Of a stretch of 64,000 nt of DNA, positions 48,613 through 61,478 are shown piece by piece. Position 1 is the stretch's first letter, and every line of letters starts with the position of its first letter. The translations under genes were made by a program, and so were the position numbers. The notes beneath the pieces are model-generated. The model was not told where the DNA came from and ran no database searches. It saw only the letters and a list, made by a program, of their open reading frames with translations. Source of the stretch: Mobula hypostoma (taxonomy: Eukaryota). The DNA lies in the NCBI RefSeq assembly GCF_963921235.1, contig NC_086116.1, positions 60,636,001 to 60,700,000 of the forward strand, in the 5' to 3' direction.

Positions 48613-49799
48613 CTTGCTTCCCGTACCAAGCACTCTACCCGACTTGCAGCTTTGGCATAGCACCTAGTATGAGTGACTGCAACATTAGTAACAAAGGAAA
48701 CAGATTATTACTTTCTCTAATTAACTGTATTTCAACAATAGACACAGTGCTAACAAACTGCAAATATCAAAATGATAGCACTTTACTTCTTAACAGCCGG
48801 TTATGGGGGAAGCATATGACATGCTTGCAGTGTGATGAGAAAGACTGCGTTTGTGGAAGGATTCTGTTTGATTTACATCAAAGTAAACAAAAGCAAAGGA
48901 AAGAAAAAGCAGCCTGGAACAGGATGTATTTTCCATGTCTCTGACAAATGCCTACCTTCCCAACCTGTATATTTCTTAGCTGAAGATCACCTCATCCATC
49001 CAAGGCAGATCATCTGAAAAGAGCCCCTTCTGCATCGACTGCGCCAGTCTCAATGTTTCATTAAGTCATCAGAGCCATAAACATTAATTATCCTGTAAAT
49101 CTGGCCATTGCTAGCAAGAGTAGCATTTGTTCCCCATCTCCAGTTGCCTTTCAGAAGATAAATGAGCTATCTTCAAGCCAGATGAATTTAATGTCACGTG
49201 CGGTACAGTACAATGAAAATCTTGCTTGCAACAGCATCGTCGGCTTATAGGCATGGACAACACAAAGAATACGCATTATACATTTTTATTAATTTATATT
49301 ATAAATTATGAAAATAATTTTTAATGCTTTTTATGTGGTGAAGCTCTTCACACAGTGTAAGGATTCAGAGTTTTGGCCCAGTGACATTGATGGACATGAT
49401 GTTTTTCCAAGTTAGTTGGTAATACTTGGGCCTGGTCTTGTTTTCAGGCTACCTTGAGAGAAGATTAGCTTTATCTGTCATGTGTACATTGAAACATCGA
49501 GATATGACATATTGTGTCAAACCAAAATCAACAAGAATTGTGCTGGGAGCAACCTTCAAGTGTTGCCATGCTTCTGGCGCCAACACAGCATGCCCACAGC
49601 TTACTAACCCCAACCCGTACATCTTTGGAATATGGGGGGAAACTGGAACAGCTGGAGGAAACCAACGCAGTCACAGTCACAGCTATCTCCACTTACTCGT
49701 AAAGTAAAGCTGCTAGTCACTCATGGCAGCTGACCAAGACAAGTAGAGGGATAAAGGCCCTTGAGTGCTCTTTTGTTGGACAAGGACATTACCAGTTTT

Positions 49800-49900
49800 A
49801 ACACACACAAAATGCTGGAGAATCTCATCAGGTCAGGCAACAATCTTGGAAAGGAATAAAGAGCTGGCGTTTCGGGCTGAGGCCCTTCAGTAGGACACTC
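49800..49900 (-). mobile_element. Single PLE terminal repeat with hammerhead-like motif and a 10-bp TSD
   Basis: Minus strand gtc-CTACTGA-a-GGGC-ctca-GCCC-GAAAC-gcc. TACCAGTTTT at 49790-49799 and 49901-49910. Confidence 0.8.
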
Positions 49901-50061
49901 TACCAGTTTTTGTTTGAGAAAGTTCCAAGTTCAGGTTGATGGCTGTCATGAGTTGGTGGATCTTACTGGGGGTGTAGTTAGGAAACTGCAATTGTATTCT
50001 CGTGGAGCTGGATGGACAGTTATCTCATTTACCCAGAACAACTCCTCTGGTAAGTGAGTAT

Positions 50062-50250
50062 CCAAAATGCTGGAAAAACTCAGCTCTATTGACAGGAATA
50101 AAGTGTTGATATTTTGGGCTGAGAAGCTTTATCAACCTGAAATGAGACTGTTAGTTCCTTCCTGTAGATGCTGCCTGATCTGCTGAGTTCCTCCAGCACC
50201 TGTGTGTGTTGTGTTGCTCTGGATTTCCAGCATCTGTAGAACCTCTTGAG
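50062..50250. mobile_element. PLE terminal-repeat inverted pair (decayed)
   Basis: caaaatgctggaaaaactcagc versus gctgagttcctccagcacctgtg. Confidence 0.7.
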
Positions 50251-50291
50251 TTTATGTCCATCACATCCACTTATTTGTTCAATAGTTAACT

Positions 50292-50667
50292 TGCTTAGAT
50301 AATCAAGGACACGACCCACCCAGCCAACACACCTTTCGTCCCTCTTCCCTCCAGGAGAAGACTCAGGAGCTTGAAGACTCGTATGGCCAGATTTGGGAAC
50401 AGCTTCTTTCCAACTGTGATAAGACTGCTGAACGGATCCTGACCCGGATCTGGGCTGTACCCTCCAAGTGTCTGGACCTGCCTCTCAGTTTTTTTTGCAC
50501 TACCTTACTTTCCATTTTCTATTTTCTATTTTCTATTTATGATTTATAATTTAAATTTTTAATATTTACTATCGATTTGTACTCCAGGGAGCGGGAAGTG
50601 CAGAATCAAGTATCGCTGTGATGATTGTACATTCTAGTATCAGTTGTTTGGCGACAATAAAGTATAA
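50292..50667 (+). mobile_element. Rex1/Babar-type 3' fragment
   Basis: ..IIKDTTHPANTPFVPLPSRRRLRSLKTRMARFGNSFFPTVIRLLN.., followed by a 3' UTR ending gacaataaagtataaa. Confidence 0.75.
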
Positions 50668-51017
50668 ATGGTTTGGGGTTGGGATTGGGATGGTGGGTGG
50701 AAGTCAACACCTGGCATTGCAGTCGAGAGGACCGTGGATGTGATGGGAACGAAAGTTGAAAAGAAATCTATAATCAATTCTCTTACACTCTTGAAATTCA
50801 GATATTTGGATGGAAATGTGAATGCTCTCCCAGGTACCATTTATCAGGTCTAATCTGTGTTATAGTAAAGACTGAGTAAGCCAATTAGGAAGAATGTTCT
50901 TACCAAAAGAGCAGTGGTTATTTAGGGTAATTGAAAGCTTCAAAGACAAAGCTAATGAATTTTAGAAGGTACATGCATCGAGAGACATATATAAACATCA
51001 CTGGACCCCTTCAGATA

Positions 51018-51890
51018 TACCCAGTGGCCACTTTGTCGGTATACCTGTACACCTATTCAGCCAATTGTGTGGCAGCAACTCAATACGTAAAACCATGCAG
51101 ACACGGTCAAGTCAGACCAGACATTGAAATGGAGATGAAATGTGATCTAACTGACTTTGACTGTGGAATGATTGTTGGTGCCAGATGGGGTGGTTTGAGT
51201 ATCACAGAAACTGCTAAACTCCTGGGATTTTCACCCACAACAGTGTCTGGAGTTTACAGAGAATGCTGTGAACAACAAAATAAAACCAAAAAATCTGTTG
51301 AGCAGCAGTTCTGTGAGGGAAACTGCCTTGTTAATGAGAGAGGTCAGAGGAGCATGGCCAGACAGTTCAAGCTGACAGGAAGACAACAGTAACTGTGCAG
51401 TAAGGGCTACCGCACAGGTTCGAAGTATGCTGCAGATTGATGTAAACTTAATCAGCTCCATCATGAGAACTAACCACTAGCCTCTGTAGTATCCAGGACA
51501 TCTTCAAGGAGCGCTGCCTCAGAAAGGCAGCATTAAGGACCCCCATCACCCAGAATATGCCCTCTTCTCTTTGCTATCTTCAGGAAGGAGGTACAGAAGC
51601 CTGAAGGCACACATTCAATTATTCAAGCACAGCCTCTTTCCCTCTGCCATCCAATTTCGGAATGGACATTGAACCCATCTCACGACTTTTTATATTTCTA
51701 TTCTTGCACTACTTATTTATTTTAACTATTATACTTACTGTAATTCACAGTTTTTCTTCTATTATTATGCATTGCAATGTACTGCTGCTGGAAAGTAAAC
51801 AAATGTCACAACGTATACTGGTGATGTTAAACCTGATTCGGAATAACTACACGTTACAACAGTGATACCTAATAAAGTGGCCACTGGGTT
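51018..51890 (+). mobile_element. Tc1-derived element interrupted by a Rex1-type fragment (about 51395-51842)
   Basis: TA-flanked TIRs ccagtggccacttt / cctaataaagtggccactgg. CDLTDFDCGMIVGARWGGLSITETAKLLGFSPTTVSGVYRE. Confidence 0.8.
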
Positions 51891-53017
51891 TATTACAGCT
51901 AAAGAGTGTTGGGAATTGAAATACAGCATCACGATGATCAAGTTGGATATCAGAATGGAATCGATACTAAATAGTTTATTCCAGCCATACTTTTCATTAC
52001 TAGTGTCATATTGCCTGGCATAACAATTGGGATTACATGGAGCATTTTCATTGTTTATGCCTGAAAAGCTTTTGAATGGAAATGAGAGTCACCACTGCGT
52101 AACCCGTTAAGATGTGACTGTATTTTCTGAATTTAGTAATTCTCTTCAATCTAGAATTTGTTAACAGTACAGAACAATTTTCAGCATGGCCCATCAACCT
52201 GTTTCCAGTTCAAATAGCCAGGCCATCAATTATAACAAGAGTAGGAAATGGGAGAACAGAATTCTGACAGGGGCTTGCATATGATTTATATGCATCAGTT
52301 TATGTATTCAAGGGAACACCAAATCTTTTTTAAGACTTTGCAGCATGGTAAAGCTTTATTGTGTGGTGAAACTAGCCTTGCTGCCCTAATTTCAGTTACA
52401 GAGAAATGAAACATTCCCCAAAGGCCACATTTATTGTCAGGCAAGATTGGGAGTTTACTGAGGATTGTAAACTGAGAATGAAACGCAGGTGCTCAGATTA
52501 GTCAGCCAATAGTTGTCTCTGCAACAAGCTCCTCATTTCAGAGAAACACTGAGTTTAAGGTTGGGTTATTGGCTCGTCAGCTCTTTAGATGTAAGGAGAA
52601 TTTGCAAAGAGTGGGAGACCAAGTACATTTTACAAACTAATCCTCCACTGTGGAACAAGCGAGTGGAAATAGAGGCTGTTGCAAGGTCAGTGTCTTGAAG
52701 GCGAGGGTGGTCACTCCTTCTGGATTGGAGTGAGAGTGGAGTGGGTAACAGGGGAAAGAATGTAGAACAGTGCAGCACAGGAAGGCTACTGATATCCAGC
52801 CAGCAAACTCAGTGTCTGTGCCAATCATGATGTCAAGTAAAACTAATTTTATCTGCTTCAATGAAATCCATATCCCTCTATTACATACATGTTCATGCAC
52901 CTGACTGGAAACGAAAACAACATTTACCTCTCCCAGTTTAACTTCACCACCCCACCTTAATTATGTCTTCTAGTATTTGACATTACCACACTGGGTGGGG
53001 GGTCCTCTGTCAGTGCG

Positions 53018-53148
53018 AATGAAGAGTCTTGTCCCAAAACATTGACTCTGTATTCCTCTCCATTGATGCTGCCCAACCTGCTGAGTTCCTTTAGCATTTT
53101 GTGTATGTTACTCTGGATTTCAAGCATTTGCAGAATCTCTTGTGTCTC
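53018..53148 (+). mobile_element. Single decayed PLE terminal repeat
   Basis: aatgaagagtcttgtcccaaaacattgactc..gatgctgcccaacctgctgagttcc. Confidence 0.7.
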
Positions 53149-53846
53149 TACCTTAGCTACAGAGAGATAGACGAGTTCTTGATTAGCCAGGGCATCAAAG
53201 GGAAGTCAGGGGATTGGGGATGACTGGAAGAATTGGATCTGCCCATGATTGAGTGGTGGAGCAGACCTGATGGGGTGAATGGCCTACTTCTGCACCTATA
53301 TCTTATGGTCTTATACCATTAGAATTTTATAACTTTTTATCAGGTCTCCCCTCAGCATCTGACGCTCTAGAGAAAGCAATCCAACTTTGTCCAACCCCTC
53401 CTTCTAGCTAATATTCTGTTCTCTAGGCAACATCCTAGTGAACCTCTCCTGCATTTTCACCAAAGCCTCCACATCCTTCCTTGTAATGCAGTGACCAGAA
53501 GCACACCCAATGCACCAAATGTGCCCCAACCAAGGCTTTGTACAACTGCAAGACAATTTTCTGATTTTCATACTCAAGTGTACTATAAATCTTCTTTACC
53601 ACCCCATCTACTTGGGTTGCCACTTCTATGGAGCTATGGACTTGCAGCCCAATGCTATTGCTCCTAGGCATCTTGCCATTCACTGCATCCTTCCCCCAAA
53701 ATACGTCGCGTACCACACTTAGAAAATGGTTGTTTCGATTGCTGGGCCCATCAGATGGTTGAAAACAAGATGATGGAAGAATAGTTCTTAGCAGAGATTG
53801 ATTATTCTGGGGTTTAGTTGGAATGTAAAACTCTACAATAATGAAT

Positions 53847-54063
53847 GGAGGGATGTTGAAGGAACTTATCGGGTCAGGCAGCATTTATGGAAAGGAATAA
53901 AGAGTTGACGCTTCGGGTTGAGGCCCTTCGTCTGGTCTCAATGAAGGCCCTCAGCCTCAAACATTGACTCTTTATTATTTTCCACAGATGCTGCCTGACC
54001 TGAGTTCCTCCAGCTGTGTGTGTGTGTCTCTGGATTTACAACATCTGCAGAATCTTTTGTGTT
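53847..54063. mobile_element. PLE terminal-repeat inverted pair, with the two hammerhead-like motifs abutting at about 53936
   Basis: Imperfect 13-bp TSD tacaataatgaat (53834-53846) / taccatactgaat (54064-54076). Confidence 0.8.
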
Positions 54064-55109
54064 TACCATACTGAATTATTGAGGCCATGAGTAGACTTGC
54101 ACTCAAGGGGAAGCTAGATAAGCAGATGGGGAGAAAGTGTAGTGGATTTGCTGATGAGTCAGGAGAAGTTTGTAGGCATCAATACTGTCAATATAGTCAT
54201 TGGCTGATTGGTCTGTTTCTAAACTGCCTGTGACATCTTAGAAACTCTCAGAGCACTTGCCAGATGTGCAGATTTCCTTTTGCTGGCTGGGTATTCGGTA
54301 GCATTGCTGGAACATGTCTGTGGACAGAAGACGAAGACTGCTCCATCATTGGGTAAGTGGTTTATTTAGCCTGGATAGAAAATATAGGGGACAAGGCATC
54401 CATTTGGCTTGTTGTAACTATTATGGTTGAAGAGCTCTTTAACTCTCATAATTCAGCTGCAGTCCTGTTTCTGCGATGAGCTTTTCCACCCTATCCATCT
54501 GCTTTCTAACTTTCCCTCCTAACACCACTCATTTGCCTTTTAAACAAAATGTTGTCGCTGCCTCAAAGATCCTGTTCATTTTGTAATGACTGCTGTGAGA
54601 GACTTTCCACCTCCTCCTCTGTGCACCGAAGTACAAGCCCACCCCCTCCATCACCTTTGACAGAGCAGTCTCATCTGGGCTTCTTTGTTAGTGATTCTGC
54701 CAGCTTACAGAAAGAGCCTTTATCTATTTATTATAATTCCTCTTGATCTTTAGATTCCAGTGGAGAGGACATTAGATTGAGGTACCAGAGTGTGATGAGT
54801 GCCCCGTGGATTTATATATTTGACTTTGGATCTTACTGGTAGCCAAAAGGCACATACTTCCAGATAATTGACAAAAGGAGCTGGGAAGAGATGAGAATGT
54901 TCTCTAAACAGAGACTTTTCTATTTATTCATTCATGGGACATGAGCATCACTGGCATTTATTGTCCATCTCTAATTGCCCTCGGGAAAAACTGCTTTATC
55001 AGAGGCAATTAAGAATAAAGCTCATTGAGTCATATGCAGCTCAGATCAAAGGAGGATGATCTGTTTCCTTCACTGGAGGACACCGGAAAACATTTGAGAA
55101 TTTTATAAC

Positions 55110-55372
55110 ATAAACACGAGAATCTGCAGATGATGGAAATCCAGAGCAACGCACACAAAATGCTGGAGGAGCTCAGGTCAGGCAGCCTCTATAGAGAAGA
55201 ATAGGCAGTCGATGTTTCAGGCCGAGATCCCTCATCAGGAGTGGAAAGGAAAGTGGCTTCTTCCCCCTTCTTCTCCCTCCCCCTCCCTGATGAAGGCTGT
55301 CGGTCTGAAAGGTTGACTGTTTATTCCTTTCCATGGATGCTGCTTGACCAACATTTTGTGTGTGTTGCTGAG
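55110..55372. mobile_element. PLE terminal-repeat inverted pair, both arms keeping CTGATGA and GAAA
   Basis: Minus arm 55243-55206: CACTC CTGATGA GGGATCTCGGCCT GAAAC ATC GACTG. Plus arm: CTGATGA 55287-55293 and GAAA 55307-55310. Confidence 0.85.
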
Positions 55373-56119
55373 GGTTTTACAGCCATCCAGTTATGGTTGA
55401 CGTTACAGATTGCAGTTCTTTATCTAGGTTTTAATTAGTTACTTGAAATTAAACTTCCAGCCAATGCAGCAGGATTTGAATTCCTGTTACAGATCTATAG
55501 TCCAGTTATTGTAATCTTATCTGCATAACCTGAAGATGGTGGAAACTGATCCAGGGAGGGGATTGAATAATTATTTTGTATTGAATAAAGAGGAATATTT
55601 TAGTCTTCAGATAGAAAAACAGAGTGCTATAACTAATCAGGTGAATTCTTCTAGAACTCTGCATATGCATGGATGGGGTCTTCCTGCACTGCAGTATTCC
55701 AGAAACGTATTAGAGAATAGTTTAAATGTGGAAAGAAGTATTTTAAGATAGAATGCAAAGTGGGTGACCAAAGACAGGGATGGATTAGTGAGCTGGACTT
55801 TGGCAGCTGAATTGAAAGCAGTGCTATGCAATGGAGTTGAACTTATTCTGATTGCTTGGGTGCAGCTTAATTCTAAATGTTCTTGCAAGCCCCAAATGTC
55901 ATCCACCTCTGTAAATAATCAAGGAAGTATACAGAGTTAAAACCGGTGAAATGGAAATATTAATAATGGTGGAAGAGTGATGTGCTTCAATAAAGGTTCT
56001 TTGATGGGGCTTGAGCAAGAAGGGTCACAGAGTCTTGGTATCACAACATGGAAACAGGCCGTTTGGCCCTAATGGTCAGTGCTGACCAAGATACCAGTTC
56101 AAGCTGGTCCCATTTGGCC

Positions 56120-56850
56120 CATATTGTCCTGGACCCAGCACATAAATGCAGTTGTGAAGAAAGCAGGTCCACGGCTCTACTTCCTTAGGAATCTGCAGAG
56201 ATTTGGCATGACATTAAAAACTTTGGCAAGTTTCCCTAGATGTGTAGTGGAGAGTGTATTGACTGGCTGCATCATGTCCCGGTATGGAAACACCAATGCC
56301 TTTGAATAGAAAATCCTACAAGATGGAATGGATTTGGCCCAGTACATTACTGGCAAAGCCCTCCCAACCATTGAGCATATCTATATGAAACACTGCCACA
56401 GGAAAGCAGCATCCATCATCAGGGACCTCCACCACCCAGGCCTGCTCTTTTCTCATTCCTGCCATCAGGAAGAAGGTACAAGAGCCTCAGGACCCACACC
56501 ACCAGGTTCAGGAACAGTTACATCCCCTCAACTGTCAGGCTCTTGAGCAAAAGGGGATAACTACACCCACTTGCCCATTCATTGAGATGTTCCCACAACC
56601 AAGGATCTCACTTTGAGGACTCTTTATCTGGTTATTTCATGTTCTTGTTATTTATTGCTGTTTATTTATATTTGCATTTGCACAATTTGTTGTCTTCGGC
56701 ACTCTACTTGATCTTTCATTGATTCTGTTTTTAGTTACTATTCTCATGATTTGCTGAGTATGCCCGCAGGAAAATGAATCTTGGTGTTGTATGTGGTGAC
56801 ATATATGTACTTTGATAATAAAAGCTACTTTGGGCTTTGAACTTTAAACT
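56120..56850 (+). mobile_element. Rex1/Babar-type 3' fragment
   Basis: LSWTQHINAVVKKAGPRLYFLRNLQRFGM..VESVLTGCI and KAASIIRDLHHPG. Confidence 0.8.
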
Positions 56851-59800
56851 TTGCCTGTCCATGTACTTATCCATCGTGTTTGAAACTTGTTATTCAACGG
56901 ATAAAAAGGTTTGCTGCATCTGAACTCAGTGCTCAGTCGTGACAATGCAAAAACTTGGGAATGAAGTTCTGTTCCCTCCCATGGCATTCCCTAATGACCA
57001 CAGACAGAATGCATCTATTCACTTCCCAAAACAAACCAAAGTGAAGACTTAGTCTTAATTTGACCAGGATGATTACTGCAGACCCTTGAAGCCCACTTGC
57101 AAGTCCTGCCACTTTTTTTTAATGCAGGCGGGAATAGCTGGGCTTTTAATATGGATTGCATGATGTCAATTCCCTTCTAAGATGCAGTGTTCGTTTACTT
57201 ATTAGTACTGAAAACAGACTGCTGCAGAAAGCCCTCCTGATAAACTAGGGTCATGAGTATTTGTTGAGTTTTGTTTTAAACAGAAACTTTGAGATCAGTG
57301 CGAGTGCAAGGCTCAGGAAGTTTATTGTTTTCACTGGATCGATGCCTCACATTATCGAAGATAGCCAGAAAGGCCCCAAAGTAGATGAATAATAAGGGCC
57401 TCTCAAAAAGAGGGGTCAAATATTGACTGTTCCTGGAGGCTATTCTGACTTCCTGCCATGTGTGATGTTTGATGCAATAGGGATTTGACAGGGTTGGTGT
57501 CTCTGGGTCAAACAGTAAAATCATTCATACTGTGCCTCGTGATCAGCCACCGAGTCGTTTGCGTTATTGCAGCCTCAGTTTGGCCAAGTGAGTAATGTAA
57601 ATTAGTGTGAAATTGCCAGGCCAGATTGAGCAGGAAACAGGAGACTACTTCATGAAGGCAGTGTCATGCCATAGTTTGACCTTTTCCATATTATTAAACT
57701 TCAAATTGACTCTAAAGTGTGTGGTAAGTGGATTGGTCGTGTTGTTTGCTGCTTGCAAACGGAGGTGAAGAGATATATCTTTAGTCAGAGGTGGTGAATC
57801 TATGTAATTCATTTGCCACAGACAGCCATGGAGATCTACAGTGGAGGTTTATAGGTTCTTGATTAGCCAGGGTATCAACGGTTACGGGGAGAAGGTAGGA
57901 GAATGAGTTTGAGGGGGATAATAAATCAGTCATGATGGAATGGTAGAGTGGACTTGATGGGCTGAATGGTTTAATACTGTTCCTATCTTATAAATTGTGA
58001 TGAGATGGGAAATTAATCTGTGCTGAACTGGACGGTTATGAGTTCAGGTTCCATATCAGAGATTTGTGTACATGCATTTCTGAGGAAGCTCTGCACTATT
58101 GGAGACCCTTTCTGCCAGATCTAACTTTAAGCTGAGCTCCCATCTGCTCTCTGTTAATTCCAGTGCCTTGGCCAACGTTTAACGCCAATATCAGTTCAAG
58201 ATTGCTCCCGCAGATGAACTCACTGCTGTTGGAGGACTTCACTGGGTGTGAATTGACGGCTGTGTTTTTTGGCTGTAACACAAATTGTTTGGAAGCATTC
58301 ACAAGTTGAGCAAGTTGCATGGAAACGTAAATCTTCCATCAGATTAATAGAGTCCAAGGAAAATAATGAGTGAAGTTGATAGATAATTGTTACTCAGCCT
58401 AGTCCCATTGACTTGCAGCTGGCCCACAGTCCTCCATCCCCTTCCATCCTGCACTTGCCCAAACTTCTCATAAGTGTTGAAATTGTACTCACATTCATCA
58501 CTTCCGCTGGCAGCTCATTCCATGCTGTCACTGCTCTCTGAGTGAAGAAATTCTCCCCTCACGTTCCCCTGAAATATTTCATCTTTCACCCTTAACCTAT
58601 GCCCTCAAATCACCCCTGACCCATCTTATCTGGGGAAAGGAAGACTTCAGCCTATATCAGTCAGCATGTTCCCTCAGTCTATTCTCCTTTCCACCCTCCC
58701 CACTATCTTTCTATGTCCTTTTTCTTTTATTTCTATGTCCTTATTCTTTTATATAGCAATGATGAGCTTGCACTGTGGTTAAATCATTACAATTTTAATG
58801 TGATTATAGCTCTTCAGTCCTAATCTACCCATGTACCTCAGTACCAGTTTTAACTTGAGGTTTATTAACCTGTGTTTCTGTGACTTAATGACTTTAGAGA
58901 CTTGCCCTTTCTTAGTAAGTATTACAATTTTGTTATGCTTGTGTAACATTGGTAGCTGTGTCTTAGTTTAGATCCTTTGTAGACCACTGTGTCATTGCCT
59001 GTGCCATGTTTTTGAAGTACCGTTCAGCAGACCTCTTGTGATTCACACAGTACTGTGGCTGACTAAACTCTGAGGTCCCCTCTGGGTGTGATGGAGCTTT
59101 GGCACTGAATGGCCGACTTTGTTGAAACACATGACTTTGGTGATGAGGTAATTTATAAGAATGTGCCTGGAACAAATCCTTTCTTGTAATCTCATGGGCT
59201 GAATCGCCCTGAAGGTCTAAATGCTTCGTCAGTGATATCACGAAGGGAAAAGCTAGGAGGAGGAAGAGAGATCATGCCGGATGTGGACCAAAGGCCCCAG
59301 ACATTTTTTGAGATGAGGTTGGTTTCATGTCCTTTTGATTGTTGGGTCATTTGAAACCATGGAGAACAGATGGGGTTCACGCGGTGGTCAGAAATGTAGA
59401 AGTGAGTAGCCCTGCTCAAGGGGCTCACCAAGGAGTTAATTATAATTCTACAGTACATTTCAAATGTTTGATCTCTTGCTGGCCATCTCTCTCGCCAAGT
59501 CTCTCTGGGGCCTCATTTCTTGGGTTTCATGCAGGATGAGGAGCAAAGTGTCTGCTTACATAACACACCTGCTGATTCTCAACTCCTCGCAAGCCTTCTC
59601 ATTTAAGGCAGCGGGGAGAGTAATGGTGCAGGGAATAATCTCCCTTCAGCTGAAGCACTTGGGTTCTAATTAGTTCTCTTCGATCTGTGAAGTGTGAGGG
59701 GAAACTGTAAGAAACTCTAACAACGGTTTCTCAAAGGAAATGCAATGTTATTTTAAATTTCTTCCACCCCTGTTCCAGTTACTCCTTGTGCTGAATCTGT

Positions 59801-60665
59801 ACAAGGTAATCATTCCAACCCGACTGTTGGATTGGAGTGTCGGATTCTTACTCTTCTTGTAGCTTTAATTTTCAATGGTTGTTTGTATTTTTGTATAATC
59901 ACCTATATACATGTAATTGTTCTGAGTTTTTCAGTAATTACAGTAAACTTGCTTCAGTGTTTTTTAGAAATTATTTCGCTTTCATCAGCAGGCATGCCAC
60001 ATGAGACTGCCTGTTTTATAGATTAATTGTTATCAATTGAATTTTAGTTATCTCTAGCTTAAGTCTGAGAAGACCACAACTACTTTTTAGTCTGTTCTCT
60101 CTCTCTCTCTCTCTCTCCCACTTGATTGCTGCTCCTCTGTTCGAATTTTCCCTCCCTCTCTCCCCTCCCTCTCTCCCCTCCGTCTCCCTTCTGATTTTGT
60201 GTTTTTATGTTCTGAGTTTTTGCTCGTTCCTTCTTGTTGCCATTTGTGTGTGTGTGGGGGGGGGTTGTGTTTGATGTTTTTCTTTGAATGGGTTCCATGG
60301 TTTTCTTGTCTGTGGGAAGATGAATCTCAGAGTTGTATACTGCATACATACTTCAATAATAACTGTACTTTGTATCTTTGTTCTCTTGACAGTTCCTATT
60401 CATCTTTGCTCTTGCAACACTTAATAAAATGATCATAAGCACCAAGTTTTATCCTCATTTTGTACTTCTGAAGAATCTTTGGATTGCAAATGCATCTAGA
60501 TTTAAAATCAGACTCAGGTTTAATGTTGTGGAGTTTGTTGTTTTGCAGCAGTACAGTGCAGAAAATTGAAATATAGAAATTTGTGAGAGTTTTTGGTGAC
60601 AAACCAAATCTCCTCAAATCCTAGTGAAGCCACTATCTTTCTTTCTTTGTAATTGCATTGATATG

Positions 60666-61478
60666 TCATAGTCATAGTCATACTTTATTGATCCCGGGGG
60701 AAATTGGTTTTCGTTACAGTTGCACCATAAATAATAAATAGTAATAGAACCATAAATAGTTAAATAGTAATATGTAAATTACACCAGGAAATAAGTCCAG
60801 GACCAGCCTATTGACTCAGTGTGTCTGACCCTCCAATGGAGGAGTTGTAAAGTTTGATGGCCACAGGCAGGAATGACTTCCTATGACGCTCTGTGTTGCA
60901 TCTCAGTGGAATGAGTCTCTGGCTGAATGTACTCCTGTGCCTACCCAGTACATTATGTAGTGGATGGGAGACATTGACCAAGATGGCATGCAACTTAGAC
61001 AGCATCCTCTTTTCAGACACCACAGTCAGAGAGTCCAGTTCCAACCCCACAACATCACTGGCCTTACGAATGAGTTTGTTGATTCTGTTTGTGTCTGCTA
61101 CCCTCAGCCTGCTGCCCCAGCACACAACAGCAAACATGATCTCACTGGCCACCACAGACTCGTAGAACATCCTCAGCATCGTCCGGCAGATGTTAAAGGA
61201 CCTCAGTCTCCTCAGGAAATAGAGACGGCTCTGACTCTTCTTGTAGACAGCCTCAGTGTTCTTAGACCAGTCCAGTTTATTGTCAATTCGTATCCCCAGG
61301 TATTTGTAGTCCTCCACCATGTCCACACTGACCCCCTGGATGGAAACAGGGGTCACCGGTGCCACCATGTCCACACTGACCCCCTGGATGGAAACAGGGG
61401 TCACCGGTGCCACCATGTCCATACTGACCCCCTGGATGGAAACAGGGGTCACCAGTGCCACCATGTCCACACTGACCC
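60666..61478 (-). mobile_element. Young Rex1/Babar-type 3' fragment nested in an older relative (60575-60665 and 61479-61690)
   Basis: Open frame YKYLGIRIDNKLDWSKNT..SRLYFLRRLRSF..RKSFLPVAIKLYN. (TATGAC)n tail, seen as catagt repeats at 60667. Confidence 0.88.
61314..61478. repeat. 48-bp tandem repeat, about 3.4 copies
   Basis: Unit ccaccatgtccacactgaccccctggatggaaacaggggtcaccggtg, starting at 61314, 61362, 61410 and 61458 (partial). Confidence 0.95.

Noticed and set aside
61314-61478. Regular repeats resembling a CRISPR array
   Set aside because: Contiguous tandem units without unique spacers, in a eukaryotic retroelement context.
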